Origin: Candidatus Doudnabacteria bacterium
Lineage (GTDB): Bacteria; Patescibacteriota; Doudnabacteria; UBA920; 2-01-FULL-46-14
Reading direction: 5' to 3'
Assembly (NCBI GenBank): GCA_041497195.1
Contig: JBGQGB010000002.1
Location: forward strand, 172,140 to 236,139
DNA: 64,000 nucleotides
Of the stretch, positions 49,830 to 59,147 are shown piece by piece (positions within the stretch are counted from its first letter, which is position 1; each line of letters opens with the position of its first letter). Both the position numbers and the translations under genes were made by a program. The notes under the pieces were generated by a model. The model searched no databases, was not told the origin of the DNA, and worked only from the letters and a program-made list of their open reading frames with translations.

Positions 49830-51131
49830 ATGAGCTTCCAGAAACAAAAACAAAATACCAATTTAATAAGCAGGGGACTCGTAGCGGCAATTCTTTTGTC
49901 GCTTATTTGCGGCTCCAGCTCAGCCCAAACGTCAGTAGGTGATCTGCAAAACAGCATTAGCCAGAAACAGCAACAGCTCGACCACATCACGAACCAAATT
50001 CAAGATTTGCAAAACCAGATAAATAAACAGCAAAAACAAGCAGCGAGCCTAAAGAACGAAATTTCTCTGTACGATCTCCATATTCAGGAAACCCAGCAGC
50101 AAATCGCGGCAGTACAAATTCAGATCGATCAATCATCGGCCCAAATTTTACAAACCCAAATAGAGATCCAGCATAAACAAGACGACATAGACAAACAAAA
50201 AGTTTTTCTGGCCGAGACGCTGCGACTAATCAACGAATATGACGGAGTCAGCCCTCTGGAATTAGTACTCAAAAACGACACCTTTTCCCAATTTCTGGAC
50301 CAGGTCCAATATGCGGGGGATTTGCAGGCCAAAACGCAAACACTCCTGGATACGATTAAAAAACTGCAAACCGAACTGCAGCAGAAACGAACAAACCTGC
50401 AAACCCAGCTTGCTAGCCAACAGCGACTCAAAGACGAGCTGGTCCAATCGCAAAATTCCCTGGCGCAACAAAGGACCGACAAGCAATATTTATTGAACAA
50501 AACCAAGGGTCAACAAAAAATTTACCAATCCTTGTTGACAGATGCGTCGCAAAAACAACAGCAGGTCGAACAAGAGATTTACCAACTGGACCAATCAGTC
50601 CGGCAGCAACTCGGGCAAAAAGCGTTGCCGCCGTTCCAAGGCGTTTTGCAATGGCCCATGTCAGGCATCATCAGCCAAGGCTATGGCAATACAGGTTTTA
50701 CCGCCCTGGGCTACAATTTTCACAATGGCATCGATATCGCAGCCCCGGCTGGTACGCCCATCTATGCGGCAGCAACCGGGGTCGTGTACGCTACCGGTAC
50801 TGGCCAAACTGCTTACGGCAATTGGGTCGTAATCAAACATACCCTTACAAAAGACGGAAAAATTTATAACATTTATACTCTGTACGGGCATATGCAAAAA
50901 TTTGTGGTGACGCCTGGACAAACAGCCCACGGAACCGACGTGATTGGATATGAAGGTAATACAGGCAATACGACCAGGCTTTTATACGGGCCGGAGCGCG
51001 GCTATCATTTGCATTTCACCATATTTGATGAAGACGGCTTTGGGATAAGAGAAGGTGCGAATGAAAGTATCTATGGGCCGTACCAAATTCCCTATGGATA
51101 TACTTACAATCCATTGGATTTCTTAAAGTAG
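49830..51131 (+). CDS. M23-family metallopeptidase with N-terminal signal peptide and long Gln-rich coiled coil (EnvC-like)
   Basis: Signal peptide after MSFQKQKQ. About 250 aa of Q-rich heptads. M23 motifs HNGIDIAAPAGTPIYAA and YGHM. Confidence 0.8.
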   Translation: MSFQKQKQNTNLISRGLVAAILLSLICGSSSAQTSVGDLQNSISQKQQQLDHITNQIQDLQNQINKQQKQAASLKNEISLYDLHIQETQQQIAAVQIQIDQSSAQILQTQIEIQHKQDDIDKQKVFLAETLRLINEYDGVSPLELVLKNDTFSQFLDQVQYAGDLQAKTQTLLDTIKKLQTELQQKRTNLQTQLASQQRLKDELVQSQNSLAQQRTDKQYLLNKTKGQQKIYQSLLTDASQKQQQVEQEIYQLDQSVRQQLGQKALPPFQGVLQWPMSGIISQGYGNTGFTALGYNFHNGIDIAAPAGTPIYAAATGVVYATGTGQTAYGNWVVIKHTLTKDGKIYNIYTLYGHMQKFVVTPGQTAHGTDVIGYEGNTGNTTRLLYGPERGYHLHFTIFDEDGFGIREGANESIYGPYQIPYGYTYNPLDFLK

Positions 51132-51400
51132 AGATTTGACATCAAGTCAATAAATCAGGCTGGTAGTGAACCACTAAAATACGAAAAAAAAGCCGGCCCA
51201 AGTAATTCAGGTGGGGACAAAAAAAGTTAAAAAAATTTCTGCTATAAGCTTCTGACCAGCACTTTAGGGGGATAAAGCAAGACATAATGCATAGGCTTGG
51301 AATGCTAAATTATGGAATAGACGTCGTAAAAGGTATATTGTGCGACGCGACATAGCAAACGATCAGTCTTCTCCCCTCCAAAGCGAACTCTATCCAAACC

Positions 51401-51428
51401 AAAAACCCCGCCATAGGCGGGGTTTTTG
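51401..51428. terminator. strong intrinsic terminator (ccccgcc-ata-ggcgggg + T-run), bidirectional in form
   Basis: It lies immediately downstream of the DHS-like gene stop (51432). Confidence 0.75.
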
Positions 51429-51431
51429 GTT

Positions 51432-52466
51432 TTAAGCAAACAACTTGGCGAAGCTCCTCTTGGCTCTTTTTTTCCAATGCCCAGTCTTGTAAGCGTGGGC
51501 TGCGAGCACAGGAAGAGCGAGGGTCGCTTCAGCATAGACCATTTGCTCGTAGACAGTACTGACCTTGCCCCAAGAACTAGCTTCTTTGAGAGTTGAGGAT
51601 GAGCAGGCGCCGTCTCTGACGTCTGCGACAGTGATCTGAATCGCGTATTTATGGACCGACGCATTAAAACCCAAAACCTCGGCCGCCACCACGGTGTCCT
51701 GGGCAAAATTCTTCGGCACTCCCCCGCCGATCATGAGGAGCCCGCTGTCTTTGCTGGCAATTTTAATTTTCGTTAACTCCAAAAAATCCTTCACGGAATC
51801 AATGCTTACATGCTCATCGGGATTCTTCCACTGATGTAGCACCAGCCCGAACCCTGCTGAAGAGTCTGAAAAAGCCGGACAGAAAATTGGGACGTTGTGC
51901 TCATACGCCGTCTGCACCAATGAATTCTTCTTCTTGGAATGTTTGACCAGGTACTTTCCCATCTGGGCTATGAATTCACGGGAGGAATAAGCGCGCGGCT
52001 CCATCTCATCAGCCAGCTTGCAAATCGTCTTGTCGCATTCCTGGAGCTGGTCCTCGTCTATAAACGTATCGTATATCCGGTCAATGTACATGCTCCGCAA
52101 CAGCCCGTCGTCAACATTCGGCGTGCCTCGATAATGCCGAAATCCCAAAGCTTCAAAAAAATCCATGTCAACAATGGAGGCTCCGGTCGCCACAATTACG
52201 TCTATCATATTGTTTTTGACCATGTCCACATAGATCTGCATGCAGCCGGCAGCGCTGGTGGATCCGGCCAGAGTGAGCCAGGCTGACGAATTTTTGTCAG
52301 CGAGCATCCGGTTGTATATTTCCGCTCCTCGGGCCAAATCCCGGGAAGAAAAAGACATCTTCCCATAGGCTTTCACTAATCGCTCCACATCCAGGGTCTT
52401 GATGTCTATATGTTCTATGGGTTGACTCAATAGTCTCCGCTTTTCGCGCTTCAAACTCGATTTCAT
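51432..52466 (-). CDS. deoxyhypusine synthase-like protein (DHS/homospermidine synthase family)
   Basis: LTLAGSTSAAGCMQIYVDMVKNNMIDVIVATGASIVDMD... matches the DHS fold. 344 aa. Confidence 0.75.
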   Translation of the reverse strand: MKSSLKREKRRLLSQPIEHIDIKTLDVERLVKAYGKMSFSSRDLARGAEIYNRMLADKNSSAWLTLAGSTSAAGCMQIYVDMVKNNMIDVIVATGASIVDMDFFEALGFRHYRGTPNVDDGLLRSMYIDRIYDTFIDEDQLQECDKTICKLADEMEPRAYSSREFIAQMGKYLVKHSKKKNSLVQTAYEHNVPIFCPAFSDSSAGFGLVLHQWKNPDEHVSIDSVKDFLELTKIKIASKDSGLLMIGGGVPKNFAQDTVVAAEVLGFNASVHKYAIQITVADVRDGACSSSTLKEASSWGKVSTVYEQMVYAEATLALPVLAAHAYKTGHWKKRAKRSFAKLFA

Positions 52467-52470
52467 ATAT

Positions 52471-53292
52471 TTATTTATTCAAAAATTTAAAACTTATTAA
52501 CTTAAAAACCAGCTTCGCGACCAAAAAATCATACCCCGGCATACCTCTTATGGGCGCCAGTTCCACAAAATCAGCGCCGACGAGGTTTTTTCGCTTAGCC
52601 ACCGTACTCATGAGTTCGAGAGCCTGCGCGTACGACAGTCCGCCTGGCTCCGGCGTCCCGGTCGCGGGCATGATAGAAAGATCGAGCCCGTCCACGTCAA
52701 AAGTCAAATAGACGTCCTCACTCAGTCGGCTCATAACTTTATCCAAATCATACCGATCTCCCCAAAAAATATTGTCCGGGTTGAGATGCCACTGCTCTTC
52801 TTTGGCGGTATTGCGAATGCCGACCTGAACGATTTTCTCTATCCCCTGCTCCTGGACTCGCCGCATGGCGCAAGCGTGCGAATTTTTCGAACCTTCCCAT
52901 TCGTCCCTCATATCCGTGTGCGCATCAATCTGCAAAACCGAAAGGTTTTTGTACTTTTCGATGTAAGGCTTGATCAGCGCTGGGGTTATCGAATGTTCCC
53001 CGCCGAGAGTAATCAAAAACCTGTCAAAATATCTTCTGGCCGTTTCGGCAATCGCCTCTCTGCTGCCGCTGACCTCTGGCAGAGTCGCGATCTTTACCAG
53101 GTTTTGCAGTTCATCCCCCAATTCCGGCTCAAAAAGTTCAACTTGCTGCGAAGCAGCGAGTATAGCGCGGGGTCCGTGCTTTGTGCCTTGTCCGTAAGAC
53201 GTGGTTTCCTCAAAAGGGGCAGGTAAAATCAAGACTTGGCCTTCCTCAGGGTCTATTTCCGGTATTCCCAGAAAATTAAAAATCGCGTCCAT
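52471..53292 (-). CDS. speB: agmatinase (arginase/ureohydrolase family)
   Basis: Mn-binding motifs GGEHSIT, LQIDAHTDMRDE and SFDVDGLDLSIMPATGTPEPGG. Confidence 0.85.
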   Translation of the reverse strand: MDAIFNFLGIPEIDPEEGQVLILPAPFEETTSYGQGTKHGPRAILAASQQVELFEPELGDELQNLVKIATLPEVSGSREAIAETARRYFDRFLITLGGEHSITPALIKPYIEKYKNLSVLQIDAHTDMRDEWEGSKNSHACAMRRVQEQGIEKIVQVGIRNTAKEEQWHLNPDNIFWGDRYDLDKVMSRLSEDVYLTFDVDGLDLSIMPATGTPEPGGLSYAQALELMSTVAKRKNLVGADFVELAPIRGMPGYDFLVAKLVFKLISFKFLNK

Positions 53293-53329
53293 TTTTCGAA
53301 TGGTAAGGTTTCAAAAAACTTTTGTCAAT

Positions 53330-53692
53330 TTATTTGCGCCCCCAGGGACGCCACGCAAAAAACGTTTTGAGATAGCGGCGCATCCGGCGGTCCGTGCTGC
53401 GCTGCTGGCCTTTGAACTTTTCGATTTGTTCACGAAGCTTGGGCACAACCCCGTCGATTGCCGCATACAGATCGGGGTCAGTACTTTCCGCTCTCATTAC
53501 CAGCTTCTGTGGGACATCTAAATTGACTTCACAGGCAAAAAAACCGCTGTGGTGATGGGTAGAGGCGACCAAATCAACCCTGGCTTCCAATATCTCATCC
53601 CAATAATGCTCCAAATGGCCGATTTTTTCCTCAACATAGCTTCTGAGCGCGTCTGTAACGTCGAGATGATTGCCGCGAATTAAAATTTTCAT
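53330..53692 (-). CDS. hpf: ribosome hibernation promoting factor (short HPF/RaiA)
   Basis: MKILIRGNHLDVTDALRSYVEEKIGHLEHY... with a basic C-terminal tail RRMRRYLKTFFAWRPWGRK. Confidence 0.85.
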   Translation of the reverse strand: MKILIRGNHLDVTDALRSYVEEKIGHLEHYWDEILEARVDLVASTHHHSGFFACEVNLDVPQKLVMRAESTDPDLYAAIDGVVPKLREQIEKFKGQQRSTDRRMRRYLKTFFAWRPWGRK

Positions 53693-53696
53693 AAAA

Positions 53697-54623
53697 CTAG
53701 AAGCCTAAATATTGAACCTCTTCTTCAATTGTAACGCCAAATCTGTTTTTGACAAGTTTTTTTAGCTTCTTCGCCAATCTCTGGACGTCCGCCGCCCGGC
53801 CCCGCCCTGGGTTGTAAATCAGATTCGCGTGGTGAGCAGCCACCAGAATCTGTCCCTGTTTCATGCCCCTAGCCCCGACTCGGTCCAAAAGTCTCCCGGC
53901 TGGGACCTTGCCATACATTACGTCATCCGCGGCTAGCCTCCGCACAAACGCCTTTCGTTTGCCAGCAGGTCGAAGGTCGGCAAGTTTTATGTTTTTGAAA
54001 AAACTGCCCGGGCAGCGCATGCCTGGCGGATACTTTTTCGCCCGCAGCTTGATGATGTCTTTAGATGTTTCCAGAAGCCTTTCCCTATCCCCTTTCGTAA
54101 CCTGCAATACAACCTCGGTGATGGTCCAATTCTTATTTCTTTTAAAAACACTATCACGATAACCAAAACGGCACTGCTTACGAGACAAATTGCGAAATTT
54201 ATGACCGTCAAAGTATCTGACCCGAACGATCAAACTTTTTATCTCGGAGCCATAAGCACCCGCGGAACCATACACCGCGCCCCCGACCGTTCCTGGTATG
54301 CCGGCCATTTTTTCCAGACCCGCCCAGCCAAGTTTATCGAGCTTAAATATTAATTTCAAAAGGTTGTTGCCGGCGCCTACAGTCACCACGGTTGCCTTAC
54401 GGGCAAACTTCTCGATTCGATTACTAATCACCACACCAGGGTAGCCTCTGTCCGAGACTATCAAATTGGACCCCTCCCCGACAACGTAGCTGGGCAATTT
54501 CCAATCACGGGCTTTTTTGACGGCTTCTGCCAACTCTGGCTCTGACCTCACAGACACAAAATACCTGGCTGGCCCGCCCATGCGCATGGTTGTAAAATTT
54601 TTGAGGAGGAAATCACGTTTCAT
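53697..54623 (-). CDS. murB: UDP-N-acetylenolpyruvoylglucosamine reductase
   Basis: FAD-binding NFTTMRMGGPARYF...VVGEGSNL. The ATG at 54623 overlaps the upstream stop, and the longer ORF-track start is rejected. Confidence 0.8.
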   Translation of the reverse strand: MKRDFLLKNFTTMRMGGPARYFVSVRSEPELAEAVKKARDWKLPSYVVGEGSNLIVSDRGYPGVVISNRIEKFARKATVVTVGAGNNLLKLIFKLDKLGWAGLEKMAGIPGTVGGAVYGSAGAYGSEIKSLIVRVRYFDGHKFRNLSRKQCRFGYRDSVFKRNKNWTITEVVLQVTKGDRERLLETSKDIIKLRAKKYPPGMRCPGSFFKNIKLADLRPAGKRKAFVRRLAADDVMYGKVPAGRLLDRVGARGMKQGQILVAAHHANLIYNPGRGRAADVQRLAKKLKKLVKNRFGVTIEEEVQYLGF

Positions 54624-55159
54624 ATTTTTTTCAATTGATAGACCCACCCAGGCTGCCACTGCCAGGGGGCAGCAATCGCTTCTTGCAAAGTCTTTTTGTT
54701 TATAAAACACTCCAAGGCGTACTGAGTAGCGCGGTGACCGATTATGAGCACGGTTTTGCCAGAATAGTCACGCGACAACTGATCCAAAAAAATTTTCATC
54801 CTCGCGTTGGTTTGTTCATAGCTTTCGCCATTTGGAAACGGGTCTTTGATATGTTCGCCGCGATAAGGGACCACTTCATCGTCTGGGCGATGATTGAAAT
54901 CGCCATAGTTACATTCCCGAATCCTCATGTCTCGAATTATCGGCGTACTCCGTTCGGCAAAGGCGATGTCAGCGGTTTCGTAAGCCCGACGTAAATCAGA
55001 ACAAAACACCGCGCCCAACTCTCTACCCTCGTATCTCGAGCCTAGTTCCCGCGCCTGCTTTTTGCCAAGCGACGAAAGCTCGGCGTCATAGTGGCCTGAT
55101 GACCGGTTCGCTTCGTTATCTACACTCGTCCCGTGTGCTTCGAAAAAAATCGTTACCAT
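54620..55159 (-). CDS. histidine phosphatase (phosphoglycerate-mutase-like) family protein
   Basis: RHG-type catalytic motif FEAHGTS...N and LIIGHRAT. Confidence 0.75.
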   Translation of the reverse strand: MVTIFFEAHGTSVDNEANRSSGHYDAELSSLGKKQARELGSRYEGRELGAVFCSDLRRAYETADIAFAERSTPIIRDMRIRECNYGDFNHRPDDEVVPYRGEHIKDPFPNGESYEQTNARMKIFLDQLSRDYSGKTVLIIGHRATQYALECFINKKTLQEAIAAPWQWQPGWVYQLKKI

Positions 55160-55162
55160 ATT

Positions 55163-55708
55163 TTAGCTGAATCTCATATCATACCAGTTTAGACCATATT
55201 TCTTCTGAATCAAGACCCTTTCTCCTTCAGCGCTTGTTTCATACTTGCTCAAATCAAAAAGATTGATGGCCTCTTGAATGTGTTCTTCATCGCGGCCTTC
55301 GATCTCCAGATAAACCGGCATCCCCGGGTACTGGTCAAGGTCAAATCTCCAATCTTTGTAAACCCAGGAAGTGCGATCCTTGTCTTGATGAGCATAACGC
55401 TCCAAGCCGAGCGCTTCAAATAACAACGACGCCTTTCCCGGCTCCATGACTTCAAAATTAATCTCTTTGTGCTGACGGGAGGCGCCCAATTTGTCTGATT
55501 TGCCTTTCCAGGTTACTTCGGCCGGCCCGTCCGATCTTTTGCGTACGCGCAGAAACCACGGGTCTTCGCCCTCCTTGATGCCTCTTATCCGAAACCAGTC
55601 TACTGACAATCTGGCTTCCGTAACCTCGGTCGCACCCAACCGCGTAAGAGCATCAACCAACGAGGTTTTGTCGATATTTAAAACTTTTGTCTCAACTTCT
55701 TGCGCCAT
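55163..55708 (-). CDS. CYTH-domain protein (CyaB-like triphosphate tunnel metalloenzyme / class IV adenylate cyclase-like)
   Basis: N-terminal ETKVLNID (ExExK). It is an acidic beta-barrel protein of 181 aa. Confidence 0.6.
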   Translation of the reverse strand: MAQEVETKVLNIDKTSLVDALTRLGATEVTEARLSVDWFRIRGIKEGEDPWFLRVRKRSDGPAEVTWKGKSDKLGASRQHKEINFEVMEPGKASLLFEALGLERYAHQDKDRTSWVYKDWRFDLDQYPGMPVYLEIEGRDEEHIQEAINLFDLSKYETSAEGERVLIQKKYGLNWYDMRFS

Positions 55709-55718
55709 TTGAGCCAGA

Positions 55719-57041
55719 TCAAGCGACTAAATTGTCCGCGACTTTGTAAATATCCCCTGCTCCCATAAAAATTACGGCTTTAAATCTCTTCAATTCCCGC
55801 CGCGCCAGTTTTTCCGCTGTCTCTAGGTCGGCGGCGAATTGAGCCCGTTTTCCGCAGGAGTTCAGTTCCCGGACCAGGTCCACTGAGCTGACATCCTGAT
55901 CTTCAGATTCCTCGCGCCCGGCGACATCGAAAATTTCCGCAATGATCATGTCGTTTACGCTACTTTGGCAGAGCGTTTCGACAAACTCTCCGAAAAGCTT
56001 TTTTGTCCTGCTGTGCTGGTGCGGCTGAAAAACCAAAAGAACTTTTTCAGCTCCGTAAATATTCGCTGCCGCCTCCAGTGTCACTCTAATCCCTGCTGGG
56101 TGATGGGCGTAGTCGGAGATAACATCCGTCTCCCCTACCTTACCGATTTTCTCAAACCGTCGCCAAGTCCCGCCAAAATTAGTCAAAGCTGAAATGATGA
56201 TGCTATTAGGGATGTTCAAGAGCTGCCCCACGGCAGCCGCCGCAAGAGCATTTTCTCGATTAAACTTGCCGGGTACGAGCAGAGACGGGAGCAAAAAGTT
56301 TTTTTCGTTCACGTGGGCCGGTTTGTCGATCGCAAAACCGATTTTTTTTACAGGCGCGTAGGCGGCGATATCTTGTGAATTTTCGTCTGCGGAATTATAA
56401 ACCAGGCTTCCGCCCGGCTTGATCTGCTCGACAAACTGTCGAAAAGCGTCTTTGACGTCCGCCAAATCCTTGTAATAGTCCAGGTGGTCTGATTGAACGT
56501 TTGTGACCACTGCGATGTCGGGATGATATTGCAAAAAGGCCCGTTTGTACTCATCCGCCTCCAGAACGAAATACTTTCCCTGCCCGAAACGAGCGTTCGA
56601 GTGCCAGGCCAAAATTTCACTGCCGACTACCACGGTCGGATCGAGCTCAGCCGCTTCAAGTATCGCTGCAATCATTGCAGTGGTCGTGGTTTTGCCATTT
56701 GTTCCCGCCACAGCGATGACGTTTTTATCCTTGGCCAATTCACCCAGCGCTTTGGCATAAGATAGCTCCGGAATTTTGGTTTTTCTAGCCCTGCTTCGTT
56801 CCGGGTTGTCCTCAGGAATGGCCTGGGAATAGACCAAAAGTTGAACACCCTCCGCGAGATTGCTTTGATTGTGCCCGATGGCCACTGGTATTCCTTCACT
56901 GACGAGTTTTTCAGTTATTTCTGAAGGCGTGATGTCTGATCCGGAAACTTCACACCCCTTCGCTTTGAGAATCCTGCCGAGCGCGGAAACTCCAATGCCA
57001 CCGATACCCACGAAAAAAATTTTCGCTCCTGGTTCAAACAT
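55719..57041 (-). CDS. murC: UDP-N-acetylmuramate--L-alanine ligase
   Basis: IFFVGIGGIGVSALGRIL...GTNGKTTTTAMIA. Confidence 0.9.
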   Translation of the reverse strand: MFEPGAKIFFVGIGGIGVSALGRILKAKGCEVSGSDITPSEITEKLVSEGIPVAIGHNQSNLAEGVQLLVYSQAIPEDNPERSRARKTKIPELSYAKALGELAKDKNVIAVAGTNGKTTTTAMIAAILEAAELDPTVVVGSEILAWHSNARFGQGKYFVLEADEYKRAFLQYHPDIAVVTNVQSDHLDYYKDLADVKDAFRQFVEQIKPGGSLVYNSADENSQDIAAYAPVKKIGFAIDKPAHVNEKNFLLPSLLVPGKFNRENALAAAAVGQLLNIPNSIIISALTNFGGTWRRFEKIGKVGETDVISDYAHHPAGIRVTLEAAANIYGAEKVLLVFQPHQHSRTKKLFGEFVETLCQSSVNDMIIAEIFDVAGREESEDQDVSSVDLVRELNSCGKRAQFAADLETAEKLARRELKRFKAVIFMGAGDIYKVADNLVA

Positions 57042-58032
57042 GTTGCAAATTTAATCGACCAGGCTGCTTCGCCCGCCATTCGTAATCGCTGATAAGCTTT
57101 TTAATTGCCGGGATCGCTTCTCGGGTCACCCGGCGGCCTTCCTCAAGCATTTCCGCAGCACTTTCCATGTCAGTTTTTCCCAAATGTTTAACCTGCGGGG
57201 ATAAAAGGAAGTCACAGTCCACTAGAAAATCCTTGCGTTTTTCGCTTTGGGCCAGAGAAATATCGATCGCCTTGCCGAGAATAGAAAACATCCCCGGGCC
57301 AGGCTGCTCGGTTTCCTCGAAAGTATCGGACTGGTTGTAGTAAATAAAATCGACCGATTTTGTGAACAACTGATCAAAAAATTCATGAATACTCGCATAT
57401 AGCCTGAACGGCAAACTACGCTTGAAAAAATTGTAACCTTTACGCATATGATAAAAACGTTTTTTGAACATATATCTGGTGGCTGCTATGTCAACTCCGA
57501 TCACAATATCAGCGCCCATCTTCCTAGCTTCCGCCGTCGGAATAATGCTGAAAAGGCCACCATCGATGAGCAAGCGGTTGCCCCACTCGACTGGTTCGAA
57601 AAGCCCGGGCACTGTGCAGCTGGCGCGGACGGCTTTGGCAATCTCGCCGAGAGAAAGCAATACCGGCTCGCCGGTGACTATGTCGGCGCAGACAAAACCT
57701 AGAGGCGGTTTGACGTCTTCGAAACGTCGATCTGCGAAATACTTACTAGCCCAAGCTTCGGCTTTCTCCGTCCCCAAAATGCCTTTCCCGTTTTTATTCA
57801 ACTCAAGCAAGGTCCAAAGAAAACCACGGTCCATGCGGAGCCAATCTTCCTTCAACCGCTCGATCGTTCCGCATGCGTAACTAGCCGCGATGAGAGCTCC
57901 GGAAGAACAAGCCGTAATATAATCGATTGGGATACTATTTTCACGCAAGACCTCCAAAACGCCAATGTGAGTGATGGCTCGTCCGGAACCTCCGGAAAGA
58001 GCCAGTCCGATAGTAGGTCGACCTGTTTTCAT
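57034..58032 (-). CDS. patatin-like phospholipase
   Basis: GLALSGGSGRA oxyanion motif, GxSxG (ACSSGA), and the DGG catalytic Asp. Confidence 0.8.
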   Translation of the reverse strand: MKTGRPTIGLALSGGSGRAITHIGVLEVLRENSIPIDYITACSSGALIAASYACGTIERLKEDWLRMDRGFLWTLLELNKNGKGILGTEKAEAWASKYFADRRFEDVKPPLGFVCADIVTGEPVLLSLGEIAKAVRASCTVPGLFEPVEWGNRLLIDGGLFSIIPTAEARKMGADIVIGVDIAATRYMFKKRFYHMRKGYNFFKRSLPFRLYASIHEFFDQLFTKSVDFIYYNQSDTFEETEQPGPGMFSILGKAIDISLAQSEKRKDFLVDCDFLLSPQVKHLGKTDMESAAEMLEEGRRVTREAIPAIKKLISDYEWRAKQPGRLNLQHV

Positions 58033-59147
58033 GGATTGAGTTTAGCCTGTTCGCAAACTTTTAATAAAACGTGGGCGATGCGCCTGTCCGCGTTCCTCGG
58101 CATAAAATGTTTCATCCCCTCGCTCATGCCTTTTGACAAATCCCGATCCCACAAAATCTTGCGGATCAGTCGGACCAAAAGCTCGGGAGTCAACAATTCC
58201 TGAGCCACTCCGAAAACGAGCTGTGCCCTCGCCAAGACGCCGGCATTTATCTCCTGCGGGCTTTGAGGCAATGGAATCAATATAACAGCCTTGCCCAAAA
58301 CCGCCAATTCAGAAATCGTGGACATGCCGGCGCGGCTGACGACCAAATCCGCTACCGCGTAGGCATGTTTGAGCTCAGTGCTCAAAAATTCGTAAGCATG
58401 ATAATGGGGCTGGTTTTGACCAGGGATTTTTCTCAATTTTGCTCCGGTGAGGTGAATGACTTGCACGTATTTAGTCAGCTCAGGCAAGGCGCTAGCGACG
58501 ACTTCATTTATTTTTGCAGCCCCGCTACCACCGCCCATAATCAGTACCGTGGGATAGTCTTGATTGAGGCCAAAAAGCTTTCTCGCCTCAGCAGCAGAGC
58601 CGCCAAACACTTCCTTGCGCACGGGATTGCCTGTGACGTGAATCTTGGTTTTGCGCGTGAGTTTGAAAAGACCTGACGCTTCCGGCATTTCTTTTCCGCT
58701 GAAACTGAAGCTCACGGTCACGGCTTTTGCGATCGGCCTCACCAAACGGGTGGATAAGGATAAAACAAAATCTTGCTGGTGAATAACAATTGGCACTCCG
58801 GAAACGTATCCCGCAAAAGACATCGGCACCTGTACGTAGCTGCCGGCACCGAAAATCAGATCCGGCTTGTACTTATGCAAAAAAAACCAGGATTTGAGAA
58901 AGCCGGCCGCGGTTTTGAAAAAGTCGAGAAGATTCAGGAACGAAAAAGGGCGCCGCCACTTGCCCGCGGGGATGGTCAGATGAGTAATGGGTAAACGGAA
59001 ATTTTCAAGGAGTTTTTTTTCTACGCCCCCGCCCCCACTAATGAGAAAAAACTCGGCACTAGATTCGAGTTTGTGCAAAGCCTCGGCAACAGCCAAAAGC
59101 GCCGCTGTGGGGCCTCCTGTTCCGCCGCCCACAAAAAAAATCTTCAT
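58029..59147 (-). CDS. murG: UDP-GlcNAc:MurNAc-pentapeptide-PP-undecaprenol GlcNAc transferase
   Basis: MKIFFVGGGTGGPTAALL... matches the GT28 family. Confidence 0.85.
   Translation of the reverse strand: MKIFFVGGGTGGPTAALLAVAEALHKLESSAEFFLISGGGGVEKKLLENFRLPITHLTIPAGKWRRPFSFLNLLDFFKTAAGFLKSWFFLHKYKPDLIFGAGSYVQVPMSFAGYVSGVPIVIHQQDFVLSLSTRLVRPIAKAVTVSFSFSGKEMPEASGLFKLTRKTKIHVTGNPVRKEVFGGSAAEARKLFGLNQDYPTVLIMGGGSGAAKINEVVASALPELTKYVQVIHLTGAKLRKIPGQNQPHYHAYEFLSTELKHAYAVADLVVSRAGMSTISELAVLGKAVILIPLPQSPQEINAGVLARAQLVFGVAQELLTPELLVRLIRKILWDRDLSKGMSEGMKHFMPRNADRRIAHVLLKVCEQAKLNP

Noticed and set aside
51305-51706. 133-aa minus-strand ORF spanning the DHS-like gene end and the intergenic region
   Set aside because: It runs through the strong terminator hairpin and overlaps the DHS gene in another frame. 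It has no homology signal.
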